Source: a virus (Duplodnaviria; Caudoviricetes). From it: a DNA stretch of 62,609 nucleotides. Position numbers and translations under genes: made by a program. Shown one piece after another: positions 1 through 9,167 of the stretch. The notes under the pieces were generated by a model that did no database searches, was not told the origin of the DNA, and saw only the letters and a program-made list of their open reading frames with translations. Each line of letters opens with the position of its first letter. The stretch's first letter is position 1. The stretch spans positions 1 through 62,609 of IMG/VR virus record IMGVR_UViG_3300044691_000253; one strand, written 5' to 3'.

Positions 1-46
1 CGCCAGACTGAGCGCAGCAGCTTGCGTTGCTTCTTGCTGACCTTGA

Positions 47-331
47 TCACGGCCAGATGATCCTTCGAGGCGTCGCCTTGGCCAATACGGCAGCCGCCTG
101 TCGCGCCGTCACGGCAGCGGCTACCAGCGGCCGGTCCGCCAGCGAACGCGACAGCATGGCTCGGCGCGTGGCCTTACGGCCTTGTGGACCGGAGCCTCCG
201 GTGCCACTGGGGCCGCCTCGCTTGATCCACACGAAGCGGCGATGCTTGTTCATCCCGTCCCGCATGATCTCTAGCCAGTCCGGCTTGGATGCCAGCTTGT
301 TGCCTGCGATCACTCCGCCATGTCCACGCAT
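47..331 (-). CDS. hypothetical basic protein
   Basis: TAATG overlap with the upstream gene; GTGA overlap with a partial gene running off the left end. Confidence 0.55.
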   Translation of the reverse strand: MRGHGGVIAGNKLASKPDWLEIMRDGMNKHRRFVWIKRGGPSGTGGSGPQGRKATRRAMLSRSLADRPLVAAAVTARQAAAVLAKATPRRIIWP

Positions 332-537
332 TACATCAAATCCTCTATGTCGTCTTCTGGTTTCAGTTCTTCGAACCGCTTGCGTTGGTCCTCGATCTCG
401 TTGGGGTGCACCGGAGTAGTGATGCAGTAGAGAAGGAAGTCGGGGTCGTCACGGACAAGCTTGACCAATTCGGCGCAGCGCTCGCGCTCTTCGCCGATAT
501 AGCTCGTGATCCAACGATCTTCGTTCTCTGCTCTCAT
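331..537 (-). CDS. hypothetical protein ending EDDIEDLM
   Basis: ATG at 537 just after the stop of the exonuclease gene; MRAENEDRW...EDDIEDLM. Confidence 0.65.
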   Translation of the reverse strand: MRAENEDRWITSYIGEERERCAELVKLVRDDPDFLLYCITTPVHPNEIEDQRKRFEELKPEDDIEDLM

Positions 538-541
538 GTGC

Positions 542-1156
542 CTAGCCATTGATCCAGTGCGCCCATACCTGATACGCCTGCACGATGCAGTCGTACACCG
601 GCTCATGCGGCACGCCCGGGATGTCGATCGCGTCACCGATGGGGACGAGGCGCGTCTGCGGCGTCTCGCGAACGAACGTCCGCATGTCACGCGGGGCCTG
701 ATAGTGCCAGAGGTCTTTGCCGCCGGTCACCCGGTTGAGTTCTTCGAGGTTGGCGAGATCGAATTGGTTTCCGTTCGCCCACACGCGGGACTTGCCGCGG
801 CAAAATTCGCGGATGAGATCGCAGACCGATACGAGGCTCATCCGTTCGCCGCCATAGTTCAACCAGTGGTCGGATGCCTCGGGCTTCTGATCCTTCCAGA
901 ACTTTTGCGTGCTCTGGGACACCTCGCGGCAGAGCGATAGCTGCTCTGCGATGCGCGGGATCAGCAATGAGCGCTTGCCAAACGTCGGGCCGTCAAGCGG
1001 CTCGGGATCGAACTCGATCATGCCCACGGACAGGATCAGCGCGTTGTGCCGCGACAGCGACATACTTTCGATATCGATCATCACGTGATCGAAGCTCGGC
1101 GCAGGCTCACAATCGTCGGTACCCTTGACGCCGCCCTGCTCAAAAGATTTTACCAT
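542..1156 (-). CDS. DEDDh 3'-5' exonuclease (Rv2179c/DUF5051-like)
   Basis: Motifs MIDIES, VWANGNQFDLANLE, RDMRT, HEPVYDC; GGAG upstream of ATG 1156. Confidence 0.85.
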   Translation of the reverse strand: MVKSFEQGGVKGTDDCEPAPSFDHVMIDIESMSLSRHNALILSVGMIEFDPEPLDGPTFGKRSLLIPRIAEQLSLCREVSQSTQKFWKDQKPEASDHWLNYGGERMSLVSVCDLIREFCRGKSRVWANGNQFDLANLEELNRVTGGKDLWHYQAPRDMRTFVRETPQTRLVPIGDAIDIPGVPHEPVYDCIVQAYQVWAHWING

Positions 1157-1331
1157 GACACACGCTCCAGATTTTGCAGTGGAAAGAGGAATGAGTTCCC
1201 CTTCATCGATATGTCGAGCCAGATACAACGCGCGAAATCACCTTCGATGGACTTGACGACCATCTGTTGATTGCAGCCGACCAGCCGCACAACAGAGCCA
1301 TCTCGGATTTCATCGCGCGTTGCCATTGGCG

Positions 1332-1715
1332 TCAGCGAACGTCGAAAGTCGGAACGATGACAGACGGGTTGAACGTCACCTTGTAGTGGTAGACGCTGAC
1401 GTTCGCGCTATCCATCTGCTCGGAAAAATACGTGACGTTGTCGCTGAGGCCCAAGAAGTGCTTCTTGAATTGGGCGTCGCCGATCTTGCACGTGACCTCC
1501 AGCTTCTTGTCCTTCGGCTCCTGCGAGCACCGACCTTCGATGGTCAGCAAATAGCCGCCGGTGATGCCGTTGTAGAACACGATACGCCGATTGATCTGGA
1601 AATTGTCCGCGGCCTGCGACAGGTTCGATGAGGCGACCTCGGCCTCGGTGCAAGAGGCGAGACTGAGCGCCGCCAAAGCAATCATCGCGATCTTAGAAAG
1701 GGATATCATCGTCAT
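1332..1715 (-). CDS. conserved phage lipoprotein (beta-sandwich)
   Basis: Signal peptide with lipobox LASC; conserved NLSQAADNFQINRRIVFYNGIT and KKHFLGLSDNVTYF. Confidence 0.8.
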   Translation of the reverse strand: MTMISLSKIAMIALAALSLASCTEAEVASSNLSQAADNFQINRRIVFYNGITGGYLLTIEGRCSQEPKDKKLEVTCKIGDAQFKKHFLGLSDNVTYFSEQMDSANVSVYHYKVTFNPSVIVPTFDVR

Positions 1716-2085
1716 CCTCCAGTTGGGACCGCTGATGAAACTCAGCGCGCTTTAGCACTAGGTCGATGCTCTCGGTCCGCATTGATGTTGGCTTGCGATG
1801 ACCATCGACCTCTTCGACCTTGTATCCATAGAGCAGGGCGGCTGTCAACCATCGATGCGCGATAATTTTATTTCTGATCTCGAAGCCGACCTTGTCCTTA
1901 ACAGACCAGCCGTATTCGACGGGGCACGGCACGCACTTCGGCGGCCTGATGTCATGGTTGATCTGGTAGCGATAGACATCAGTGTTCTTCGCGTAGAAGA
2001 GCATCTTGTCCGCGATCAGCGTCGCGACCTTGCGGTCGTCGTCGTCGGCAGGCGTGACCGTGAGAAGCTTCTCGGCGGGGTTCAA
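1693..2085 (-). CDS. hypothetical protein with SSB-like C-terminal tail (DDDDIPF)
   Basis: Probable TTG start overlapping the upstream TGA, GGAGG RBS; ends EDDDDIPF. Confidence 0.65.
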   Translation of the reverse strand: MNPAEKLLTVTPADDDDRKVATLIADKMLFYAKNTDVYRYQINHDIRPPKCVPCPVEYGWSVKDKVGFEIRNKIIAHRWLTAALLYGYKVEEVDGHRKPTSMRTESIDLVLKRAEFHQRSQLEDDDDIPF

Positions 2086-2543
2086 TGGCGACCTCCCCGG
2101 CCGACATCGCCGCGCTCGCACGATTGCCACGATCCGCAGTCCATCGGCACGACACACTTCGGGCAGGGCATCCACGCATCGACCGTATGGAGCGAGGGGT
2201 CACCATCAACGCCGGTTCGCAGAACAACCATCTGCTCGGCGTCGCGCTCGTGAGGCTGGAGCTTGCGCGGGTCGTAGCCCATGCGGATGCAATGGGCGAC
2301 AAGGCGCAGACCGTGCGCGGCGCGATCCAGCACTCGTGCGTCACGCTCCCATTGAAGCCTGACATACCTCACCGGCTTGAACCAAAGGAAGCGCGTGGTG
2401 TACGAGCCCTCGGCGCGCAGCCTCGCCGCGCTGGCCTCATGGATGGTGGCCAGTTGTTCGTTGAGCAGCGCGCAGCGCTCGGTCTCGTCGGCGCGATGCG
2501 CTCGCTCCATGGCAAACAGTTCGTCTTCACTGAGGTCAGCCAT
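2082..2543 (-). CDS. hypothetical protein with C-terminal Cys cluster
   Basis: GGAGG RBS; MADLSEDELF...CPKC..CGSWQSC. Confidence 0.6.
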   Translation of the reverse strand: MADLSEDELFAMERAHRADETERCALLNEQLATIHEASAARLRAEGSYTTRFLWFKPVRYVRLQWERDARVLDRAAHGLRLVAHCIRMGYDPRKLQPHERDAEQMVVLRTGVDGDPSLHTVDAWMPCPKCVVPMDCGSWQSCERGDVGRGGRH

Positions 2544-2836
2544 CAACGCCTCCATGCATAGCCGAGAGGCTGGCCGAGCGCGCCAAGCTCCAGCGGATAG
2601 ATATCGTCGGTCGGGATGTTGCACCATACCGGCTCGACATCGTCGCGGCTCTGGATCAATCGACACCGCGCCATGTAAATTTTCTGGGACCCGGGGATGT
2701 ACTTCGTCTGGCATCCGAACTCGACAAGCTCCCACACATTTTTGAGCACGTGGGTCTCGGCCATGCAGCCGCGCATCTCATATTCGATGACGATCTTGCC
2801 GAACATCCTCATCTTGTCGATGAACCCGATCTTCAC
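2543..2836 (-). CDS. hypothetical protein
   Basis: GTGA and TGATG overlaps within the operon. Confidence 0.55.
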   Translation of the reverse strand: MKIGFIDKMRMFGKIVIEYEMRGCMAETHVLKNVWELVEFGCQTKYIPGSQKIYMARCRLIQSRDDVEPVWCNIPTDDIYPLELGALGQPLGYAWRR

Positions 2837-3021
2837 CTGTTGCACTCCCTGTCCTTGCGAAGACACGAGCCAATCGGCAGGAACCAAAAATCGTTGCCGA
2901 GCGTGCGATGGCACTCGCACGTGTAGCCGTGGTCGTCGCGCTCTTGTCGGGGCAACATGGTGCGCTGCTCTGTGTCCGGCATGTGCAGAATTTTTCCGTC
3001 GCCGAGTTTCACTTCACGCAT
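2833..3021 (-). CDS. hypothetical protein
   Basis: GGAG RBS, operon packing. Confidence 0.5.
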   Translation of the reverse strand: MREVKLGDGKILHMPDTEQRTMLPRQERDDHGYTCECHRTLGNDFWFLPIGSCLRKDRECNR

Positions 3022-3155
3022 CGCATCACTCCCGTGACCCACTCAAGGTACCGTGTCGTCCCGACGAGTATCCACGGCAGGATCAAGACGAGGCCAGCCA
3101 TAACAGCGGACATGATGGCAGTGTAGCGCACCCAAAATTTTACTTCGCCGCGCAT
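3009..3155 (-). CDS. small membrane protein
   Basis: Single hydrophobic helix; GGAGG RBS. Confidence 0.5.
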   Translation of the reverse strand: MRGEVKFWVRYTAIMSAVMAGLVLILPWILVGTTRYLEWVTGVMRCVK

Positions 3156-3340
3156 CGCAGCCTCCGATCTTCGTCCAATGCAAGCTCCAGCCGTTGCAGC
3201 CAATCATCTAGGAAGCGATGATGACGATCCAGCGCACAATCGATGCTGCTGGCCGCGCTGCTTATGGTTTCGGCCGCCGATCGCATCGTGCTGGCCGCGC
3301 TGCGAACATCCTCGGCTCCATGGAGATGAATGCTATCCAT
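3140..3340 (-). CDS. hypothetical coiled-coil protein
   Basis: IHLHGAEDVRSAASTMRSAA; operon packing. Confidence 0.6.
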   Translation of the reverse strand: MDSIHLHGAEDVRSAASTMRSAAETISSAASSIDCALDRHHRFLDDWLQRLELALDEDRRLRCAAK

Positions 3341-3749
3341 GATGCCGCCCCCGCTTCAATCTCGCTACCGCTTCATCTTGAGTGAGACCGTGCTTCGTTG
3401 CGTATCGCATCAGACTGGCACGCCGCTTGTCGCGTCGGACCTCATATATCACTTTCGCATCCTCCACCGGGATGCCCTTATGGGAAGCGATATGCGATAT
3501 CTTTGCTTCGATCTTCGCGCGCTTGGCCGCTCGTGCTATCGATGGAGGCGGACCCTCGACCCGGGGCTCCGGGGTCGGCGGATCACAGGGCTCGCCAGTG
3601 ATGGTGCAAGTTGCGCCGGGGTATCTGATCGCAAGGACCTCGCGACATCTCTCCAGCGCGCTCTCGACAGACAAGTGCTGCATCTTAGTCGAGAACGGGC
3701 CTAGCGCCTTCTTGCCCTTCCGGATGTCGTATGTGACAGCGATCCACAT
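3333..3749 (-). CDS. hypothetical protein
   Basis: ATG 3749 just after the upstream stop; basic C-terminus. Confidence 0.55.
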   Translation of the reverse strand: MWIAVTYDIRKGKKALGPFSTKMQHLSVESALERCREVLAIRYPGATCTITGEPCDPPTPEPRVEGPPPSIARAAKRAKIEAKISHIASHKGIPVEDAKVIYEVRRDKRRASLMRYATKHGLTQDEAVARLKRGRHHG

Positions 3750-3751
3750 TG

Positions 3752-4054
3752 TCAGTTGTTCCCGTGGCTGACCTCGGCATCGATCACGAACAGCGGCTTG
3801 ATGCTGATCAGCGTATGCCGTTGAAATTTGCTGCCCCATCGCGCCTGATACAGCGCGCGGGCGAACTCTTCGCTCACCGCGATGATGTGGTAGACGCGCT
3901 GCTCGACCACGGTCTCACCGGTCTTGACGACCTCGTTGAACTCGCTCTTGCATACGTCGAGCACCACGCTCGTCGTGATCTCATAGACCTTGCGCCGGTC
4001 ATGGACCATGCAATTCGTGACCGTGCGACCGCCGCCCTCTGCAATAAAAGTCAT
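3752..4054 (-). CDS. hypothetical protein
   Basis: ATGA overlap, GGAG RBS. Confidence 0.55.
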   Translation of the reverse strand: MTFIAEGGGRTVTNCMVHDRRKVYEITTSVVLDVCKSEFNEVVKTGETVVEQRVYHIIAVSEEFARALYQARWGSKFQRHTLISIKPLFVIDAEVSHGNN

Positions 4055-4260
4055 GACGTATGCTCCGTCCACCATGTTGCGATCTTGCGCGCCTGCGCCT
4101 CGTCCGCGACGATCTCGTCTTGGATCACCGTGCAGCCGATGTTCCACGCATATGCGCGGAAGTCATCATAGAGTTTGCCCGCACGCCAAGCTTGCTGACG
4201 TAGCGCCGCGATATCGACGCGCATTGCCAGCGGATGAGGGTCGCGCCATGGCTTCGTCAT
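4051..4260 (-). CDS. hypothetical protein
   Basis: ATGA overlaps at both ends. Confidence 0.55.
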   Translation of the reverse strand: MTKPWRDPHPLAMRVDIAALRQQAWRAGKLYDDFRAYAWNIGCTVIQDEIVADEAQARKIATWWTEHTS

Positions 4261-4511
4261 CGCGCCCTCGCATATTGAAGCTGGCGCGAAAGCGATGGCG
4301 TCGGCGTGATCTTGTTACCGACGAGCTTTGCCCTAAGCGCGTCCCTGACAGGCTTGTCGGGGAAGTCCGGGTTGGGCGCATACCATGTGCGCCAGAACCG
4401 CTTCGAGCAATACTCTCCATCGCCGTCGCGCACGACGACCTGATGAGCATCGTCGTCGCTCATGCGAACCGGCACACCCTGACCCACAACTCTAAAGCAC
4501 TTCGCCATCAC
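4257..4511 (-). CDS. hypothetical protein
   Basis: GAGGA RBS, operon packing. Confidence 0.55.
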   Translation of the reverse strand: MMAKCFRVVGQGVPVRMSDDDAHQVVVRDGDGEYCSKRFWRTWYAPNPDFPDKPVRDALRAKLVGNKITPTPSLSRQLQYARAR

Positions 4512-4584
4512 CTAGTCCTCTGGGTTCGCCGTCGCTCAGCAACAGCAGTTTCTCCGCGTTAGCATCGATCATGATGCCCGTCAA

Positions 4585-5085
4585 CTATTCATCTTTGTCA
4601 TCGTTAAAGATGCGATCACCGCTGATTGGCTCATAGTCTTCCCGACGGTATTCGCTGTTGCGAGGATGTTGGTTTTGCCGATCCATCTGTCCGCAGCGGT
4701 ATGCGTTCAATTCTGTAACGTGACGCCAAGCAAAGCGCTTATGCAGCGTCGCGGGATTATCGTAGCCCAGATTATAGATGCTCTGTTCGCCGACTGGCGG
4801 TCGCTCGACCTTGTGATGGACAAGGTCGCCGCCCATGATGATCTCGATCTCGCAACCGGGCACCATCGACGCATAAGCCATCACCTGCTCATGGCCTTCG
4901 CCGATGTGGTGGTCGCGTACATGGTAGTGACCGGTCATCACGCGCTCGATCTCTTGGTGCACGCGCGTGCCCAACTCCAGCGCGGTCATGTTGCGGACCT
5001 CGTAGTCGATGGCGCACATTATCTTGGCCTGCGCGCGTCGCCGCGCTCTGACCTTGCGTGCTCGCTTGCTGTGGGTCTTGCTCAT
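4585..5085 (-). CDS. hypothetical protein
   Basis: ATGA overlap with the upstream gene. Confidence 0.6.
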   Translation of the reverse strand: MSKTHSKRARKVRARRRAQAKIMCAIDYEVRNMTALELGTRVHQEIERVMTGHYHVRDHHIGEGHEQVMAYASMVPGCEIEIIMGGDLVHHKVERPPVGEQSIYNLGYDNPATLHKRFAWRHVTELNAYRCGQMDRQNQHPRNSEYRREDYEPISGDRIFNDDKDE

Positions 5086-5438
5086 TCGATATCCAGTCCT
5101 GAGAAGCGATTGCCCTTGGGCACATCGGATATAGGTGGCTCGGCTAGTGCGCGTCGCACGCGCTCGCTCATGCTCATCAAGCGATCGGCGCGCTGCGCCT
5201 CGACCATCATCACCTCTTCGCGTGTGAGCGTGCGTGGCGGAGCGCCACGAGGATCAGGCGCAGCGGGCGGCCGCATCATCGACCTCTGCGGTCTCACCTC
5301 GCGATCAATGAACGCGGCGATCAGGTTCGCCTCTTCGCGGGTCAGGTTCATGACGCCCAACGAGTATGGGCAATCGCGGTTGGTCGCCGTGGGCGTGCGA
5401 TACTCGTGGGTCTCTATCGATGGCATCTTGATCGGCAT
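5082..5438 (-). CDS. hypothetical protein ending GNRFSGLDIE
   Basis: ORF in operon; shared C-terminal motif; paralogous segment NLTREEA. Confidence 0.7.
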   Translation of the reverse strand: MPIKMPSIETHEYRTPTATNRDCPYSLGVMNLTREEANLIAAFIDREVRPQRSMMRPPAAPDPRGAPPRTLTREEVMMVEAQRADRLMSMSERVRRALAEPPISDVPKGNRFSGLDIE

Positions 5439-5447
5439 GTTGCTGGC

Positions 5448-5708
5448 TCAGGTAAGATCGAGGCCGGAGAACCTATTTCCATATTCTGTCGGTGTCAACA
5501 CGTTGCCAGTGCGCGCCTGCTCGATCTTGATCACGGCATCGACCAGCGTCGCGACCTCGTCCCGTGTGAGGCCATTGAAGCTCACCGCGAGATTGCGATA
5601 ACCACCATCAGCGGATCGGCTTTGCCATATGGGCAACTTGATCACGTTGATCTTGATCTCGCCGTCGAGGTCTATCGGCCCGGGGCCGAGCTTGGGCATG
5701 CGTGACAT
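5448..5708 (-). CDS. hypothetical protein ending GNRFSGLDLT
   Basis: ORF in operon; shared C-terminal motif; segment GLTRDEV. Confidence 0.7.
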   Translation of the reverse strand: MSRMPKLGPGPIDLDGEIKINVIKLPIWQSRSADGGYRNLAVSFNGLTRDEVATLVDAVIKIEQARTGNVLTPTEYGNRFSGLDLT

Positions 5709-5711
5709 TGT

Positions 5712-5963
5712 TCAATATCCTAGTTGCTGTAGCTCGTCGGCCGTGTGTATCCGCGTGACCTTGACACCGCTGACCCGGCGGCCAACCGTGTGGATCACGA
5801 GCTTGGTCTTGAACCGGCGGCCTCGGGTCCGACCAAAGTGATTGACCGCGTTGTGGACGTTGCTCGCATGCCGCTCGGGCGAGGTGTCGGCCGGGACGGA
5901 TAGGATCACGCTTTCGCCGCGCTCCAGCTTCGCGATCTCGGGGTAGTCTCCGCGGTATTTCAT
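5712..5963 (-). CDS. small putative DNA-binding protein, first gene of the leftward operon
   Basis: GGAG RBS; YPEIAKLERGES...GVKVTRI pattern of small phage DNA-binding proteins. Confidence 0.55.
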   Translation of the reverse strand: MKYRGDYPEIAKLERGESVILSVPADTSPERHASNVHNAVNHFGRTRGRRFKTKLVIHTVGRRVSGVKVTRIHTADELQQLGY

Positions 5964-6551
5964 CTCTCAGGCTCCCTGCGAGTTTTTGAGTGAGATGGTG
6001 AGTTATCACCTCTTATTTGGCTTTGCAAGCCATTTTCACGTCGAAAACCGATACCCGTGCACGCTTGTCGTAGGCGGGTGCATGGGGGTCGAAAACAGGG
6101 TTGCGCGAGGCTGTTCTCGCCGCGGATAAGTGGTGAGACCCAGAGGGCCGCAATTAACCTAAACCGGGTTTAACCTACTGACGGATCAGCGGTATCGGCT
6201 CGGCCGGAGGGCTAGTTGCACGCTTCTCACCTTATTCGATTTCTCAACCCCCTACTCACCGCTCTGCTGAACTCTTACCGTTGATAACACTACAATTTCT
6301 CAGCTTCTCAGGTCTTTAGTATATTCTAGGTTAAAGGTTGTTATTATATGGAGTGTGGAATTGACCTGAGAAGGCTAGAAGAGGTCTCTTTTTGTGGCCT
6401 ATGGCTGACCTCGTCCCCTACCTAGCAAGGGCACTAATTTAGAGTTATGATTAATGCCCTCTAGGGGCGCGCGTTAACCTTAACTATTAATCTTAATGCC
6501 CGCGACCCGCCCAGCCCCTATTAACCTTAATTATTAAGGTTAATGGCGGGC

Positions 6552-6650
6552 TAAGTACCTGATTTCATTAACCTTAATCATTAAGGTTAATGGCCCAGAC
6601 CCCCTATTGGTGCATACCTCGCGTACCGCACACAGGCTAAGTGTTTGATA
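6552..6650 (-). promoter_or_regulatory. two IHF-like binding sites
   Basis: Minus strand TATCAAACACTTA (6638-6650) matches WATCAAN4TTR; AATCAGGTACTTA (6552-6564) is near consensus. Confidence 0.5.
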
Positions 6651-6669
6651 TCGTTTCACTATTACCCTT

Positions 6670-6697
6670 TTGTTCCATAATACACGTTATGCGTTAT
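6670..6697 (-). other. dif-like XerC/XerD recombination site
   Basis: Minus strand ATAACGCATAA-CGTGTA-TTATGGAACAA: 11-6-11 layout, GCATAA/TTATG cores, Rhizobiales-type TTATGGAAC arm. Confidence 0.7.
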
Positions 6698-7027
6698 GTG
6701 ATGTCCATACGCAACCTATACGTTAACCTTAATAGTTAAGGTTAATGCCAGCTAGGCGCTGGCGCAGGCCTTGACCCCCTCGAAAGGTTGGTGCTACCGT
6801 GGCCCCGCAGAGATACGGGGTAGGACCCCATTTTTGTTGCAGTGCGCCATATGCTATGTCCCCTAGCTCATACACTCCGTTTGCGATTTGAGTGAAATTT
6901 AGAAAAAATAAAAATATGGGGTTAGGAAAAATTAACCACGCCGATCGGATTTAGAAAAAGACCTTGTCCGTGACGAGGTCATGCGGTAGGCTACTTCATA
7001 GGGGCATCCCGCCCCGGAGAACCGTAG

Positions 7028-7252
7028 GTGAAAACCAGTATCGCGATCAAGACCAAGCAGGCGCGAGCCGAGGCCGCCTTCAAGAGGGCCAACCCCGGAT
7101 GGACCGTGCTGCAACCGTGGACCGCACCGCTCGCGCCGCAGTTCAATAAGGCCGAGCCAATGCTCGCAGGGAAGTTCGATGCAGTCGGGCCACTCGGCAA
7201 CCGGCGCAACGTATGGGCGACAGTTTATGAGGATGGCATTCGCATCTTCTAA
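7028..7252 (+). CDS. hypothetical protein
   Basis: GGAG RBS, GTG start; first gene of the rightward cluster. Confidence 0.55.
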   Translation: MKTSIAIKTKQARAEAAFKRANPGWTVLQPWTAPLAPQFNKAEPMLAGKFDAVGPLGNRRNVWATVYEDGIRIF

Positions 7253-7349
7253 TGGAAAACGACCCCGGGCCTTCGCGCTCGGGGTTGACACCATCGTAAT
7301 TTTGAATTAGGAAAAAGTCCGACGCTGTCCCGTATGAGGTGACCCACAC

Positions 7350-7667
7350 ATGCCCCCGTCCCCGATCCAGCATTTGGCCAGAGCCCTTGGCACGGACGCG
7401 GCCGTCCGCGTCCTCGACGAGGTGCACGCGCAGCACGAAGACCTCGGGCTCGACACGGCGATCATGGCGCGCGATCGTATGCAACTGACGAAGCGGCTCG
7501 ACCATCGCGACCTCAAGACGACCCACGTCGTTGTCGGCGATCACACCGCTGAGCCGAAGGCCAGCGGCCCGGAGCGCCGAGCCGTGCACAGCTACCGCGA
7601 CAAGATCACCGGCCTCATGTGTCACACGGATGCAGATGGCTACCAGCGCGTGGACCCCAGCCCATGA
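7350..7667 (+). CDS. hypothetical protein
   Basis: GAGGT RBS; ATGA overlap downstream. Confidence 0.6.
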   Translation: MPPSPIQHLARALGTDAAVRVLDEVHAQHEDLGLDTAIMARDRMQLTKRLDHRDLKTTHVVVGDHTAEPKASGPERRAVHSYRDKITGLMCHTDADGYQRVDPSP

Positions 7668-7846
7668 ATGATCGACAAGAGAAGATGATGCTTGAGAACG
7701 ACATCGCGATGATGTTCGCGCTGCTCAGTCTCGATTGCACCATACGCGAGCGCGGGCACATCGCCGAGCGGATCGCGATCAGCGCGCAGCGGGTCGAAGA
7801 GATCAGCGCGCGGGAACGTAGCGACAAACGTGACGGAGCCATGTGA
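7664..7846 (+). CDS. hypothetical protein
   Basis: Operon overlaps. Confidence 0.5.
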   Translation: MNDRQEKMMLENDIAMMFALLSLDCTIRERGHIAERIAISAQRVEEISARERSDKRDGAM

Positions 7847-8337
7847 TGCCTGCCTACCATGTCGAGATCGAGCACCGCGATACTGATCAGGTGTTCTCCT
7901 ACCACCATGGCGACGCCATGCTGCACTTCAACGCGAGCCTGCTCGCGCGGCTGCACAAGTCGATGCCCGGTGAGTTTCGCCGGATCACCATGGACCTCAG
8001 CGAGGACGAGTACACGCTGTGCATGGCGCATCGCGGGATCGAAGAGGCACGGGTCACGGCCCTGTCCCCGACGACGTTGCGCGACCCCGGCTATGGCGTG
8101 CTCTTTGACAATGGCTTGTTCACCATCGTCGATGGACACCATCGCCTCGTGCGACGGTACCGCGGCGGCGTCCGCGTGATGGACTTCTGGGTCACGCACC
8201 GCGATGTCTGGCAGCACTGTCTCGTGCAGTACAGCGCCGAAGGCGAAGCACTCTTGGCCGCGGGCATGCCGCCGAAGGCTGAGGACCCGGTGTCGATCGC
8301 GTCGCGCATCACTCTGCATCCGAAGGACCGCAAATGA
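7843..8337 (+). CDS. ParB/Srx-like domain protein
   Basis: Motif P.....DNGLFTIVDGHHRL. Confidence 0.6.
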   Translation: MMPAYHVEIEHRDTDQVFSYHHGDAMLHFNASLLARLHKSMPGEFRRITMDLSEDEYTLCMAHRGIEEARVTALSPTTLRDPGYGVLFDNGLFTIVDGHHRLVRRYRGGVRVMDFWVTHRDVWQHCLVQYSAEGEALLAAGMPPKAEDPVSIASRITLHPKDRK

Positions 8338-8531
8338 GTTGCCCGCCCGACGCAAAGCACTATGCCCTTCGTCAGCAGCTTCGTGCTGTTGCGGGCAGCG
8401 CTCCGGCCGCGATCGGCACGAGCATGGTCGGAGTGCTGGCGACGGACCTGATCCCTCTGCTCGACTACATCGACGAGCTCGAAGAGGCGCAGGACGCCGC
8501 GTGGGAAGCGTCTCAGGGGGAAGACATATGA
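8334..8531 (+). CDS. hypothetical protein
   Basis: ATGA overlaps; LLDYIDELE. Confidence 0.55.
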   Translation: MSCPPDAKHYALRQQLRAVAGSAPAAIGTSMVGVLATDLIPLLDYIDELEEAQDAAWEASQGEDI

Positions 8532-9016
8532 GCCATCGCGAGAACAGCCTGATGCCGTGGATCACCGACGCCTCAGTACGCGAGGCGAAGCACGCGGACT
8601 GTGTCAAGCGCACCGGGCACCACTGCATCATCCTGTCGCCGTACCTCTATCGCGCAGCCGAAGAGGCGGGCCTCGATATGCGCGACTACGTCATGGCGTT
8701 CCTGATGCCGACGCACGGCGAGGTCCTGACCATCGATCACCCGATGCCCACGAGCGCGCAGATGCGCGACGCTGTCCGGGACAAGCTCGCGAAGGGCGAG
8801 CCGCTCGGCGCGTCGCACGTTCCGGAGATCAAGCCCGGCGTCTATGCGAACGGCTCATCAATCGAGTGCAGCCCGTTCGCGCCGAGCACCAAGGCACGAT
8901 GGATGGGCTGCCCGCCCGCGCGCAAACACATCACGGAAAGGACGTGTCATGGCAAAGAAGTCGCATGCCTCCCCGGGCTCAACGGGCACTGCACGGCGTG
9001 CTTCGACGACGACTAA
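8528..9016 (+). CDS. hypothetical Cys-rich protein
   Basis: ATGA overlap; several Cys residues. Confidence 0.55.
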   Translation: MSHRENSLMPWITDASVREAKHADCVKRTGHHCIILSPYLYRAAEEAGLDMRDYVMAFLMPTHGEVLTIDHPMPTSAQMRDAVRDKLAKGEPLGASHVPEIKPGVYANGSSIECSPFAPSTKARWMGCPPARKHITERTCHGKEVACLPGLNGHCTACFDDD

Positions 9017-9167
9017 GAGGACGACCATCTCTATCGCGAGTTCGGTATGTGCGATGTCCATTGGGCTCATCGTCATCCTCGTGACGCCGGACGCGCTCAC
9101 GGGCTTCATCATCGCAAGCGCGGGGCTCTTCACGCTCGCCGTTTGCATTTTACGAAAGGGCTGACCC

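Larger units (their letters stand above)
6474..6745. repeat. four 23-bp palindromes TTAACCTTAA-N3-TTAAGGTTAA
   Basis: Copies at 6474-6496 (imperfect), 6521-6543, 6568-6590, 6723-6745; first three spaced exactly 47 bp apart. Confidence 0.95.

Noticed and set aside
1332-1715. Recombination directionality factor, a label often attached to this family
   Set aside because: It has a clear lipoprotein signal and lipobox, and no integrase is nearby.
6474-6590. CRISPR mini-array (23-bp repeats at a 47-bp period)
   Set aside because: Repeat centres vary, spacers are only 24 bp, there are just three phased copies and no cas genes; this fits protein-binding sites better.
6474-6745. Canonical CtrA boxes within the palindromes
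   Set aside because: The TTAA units are spaced by 2, 3 or 9 nt, not 7; half-site binding cannot be excluded.
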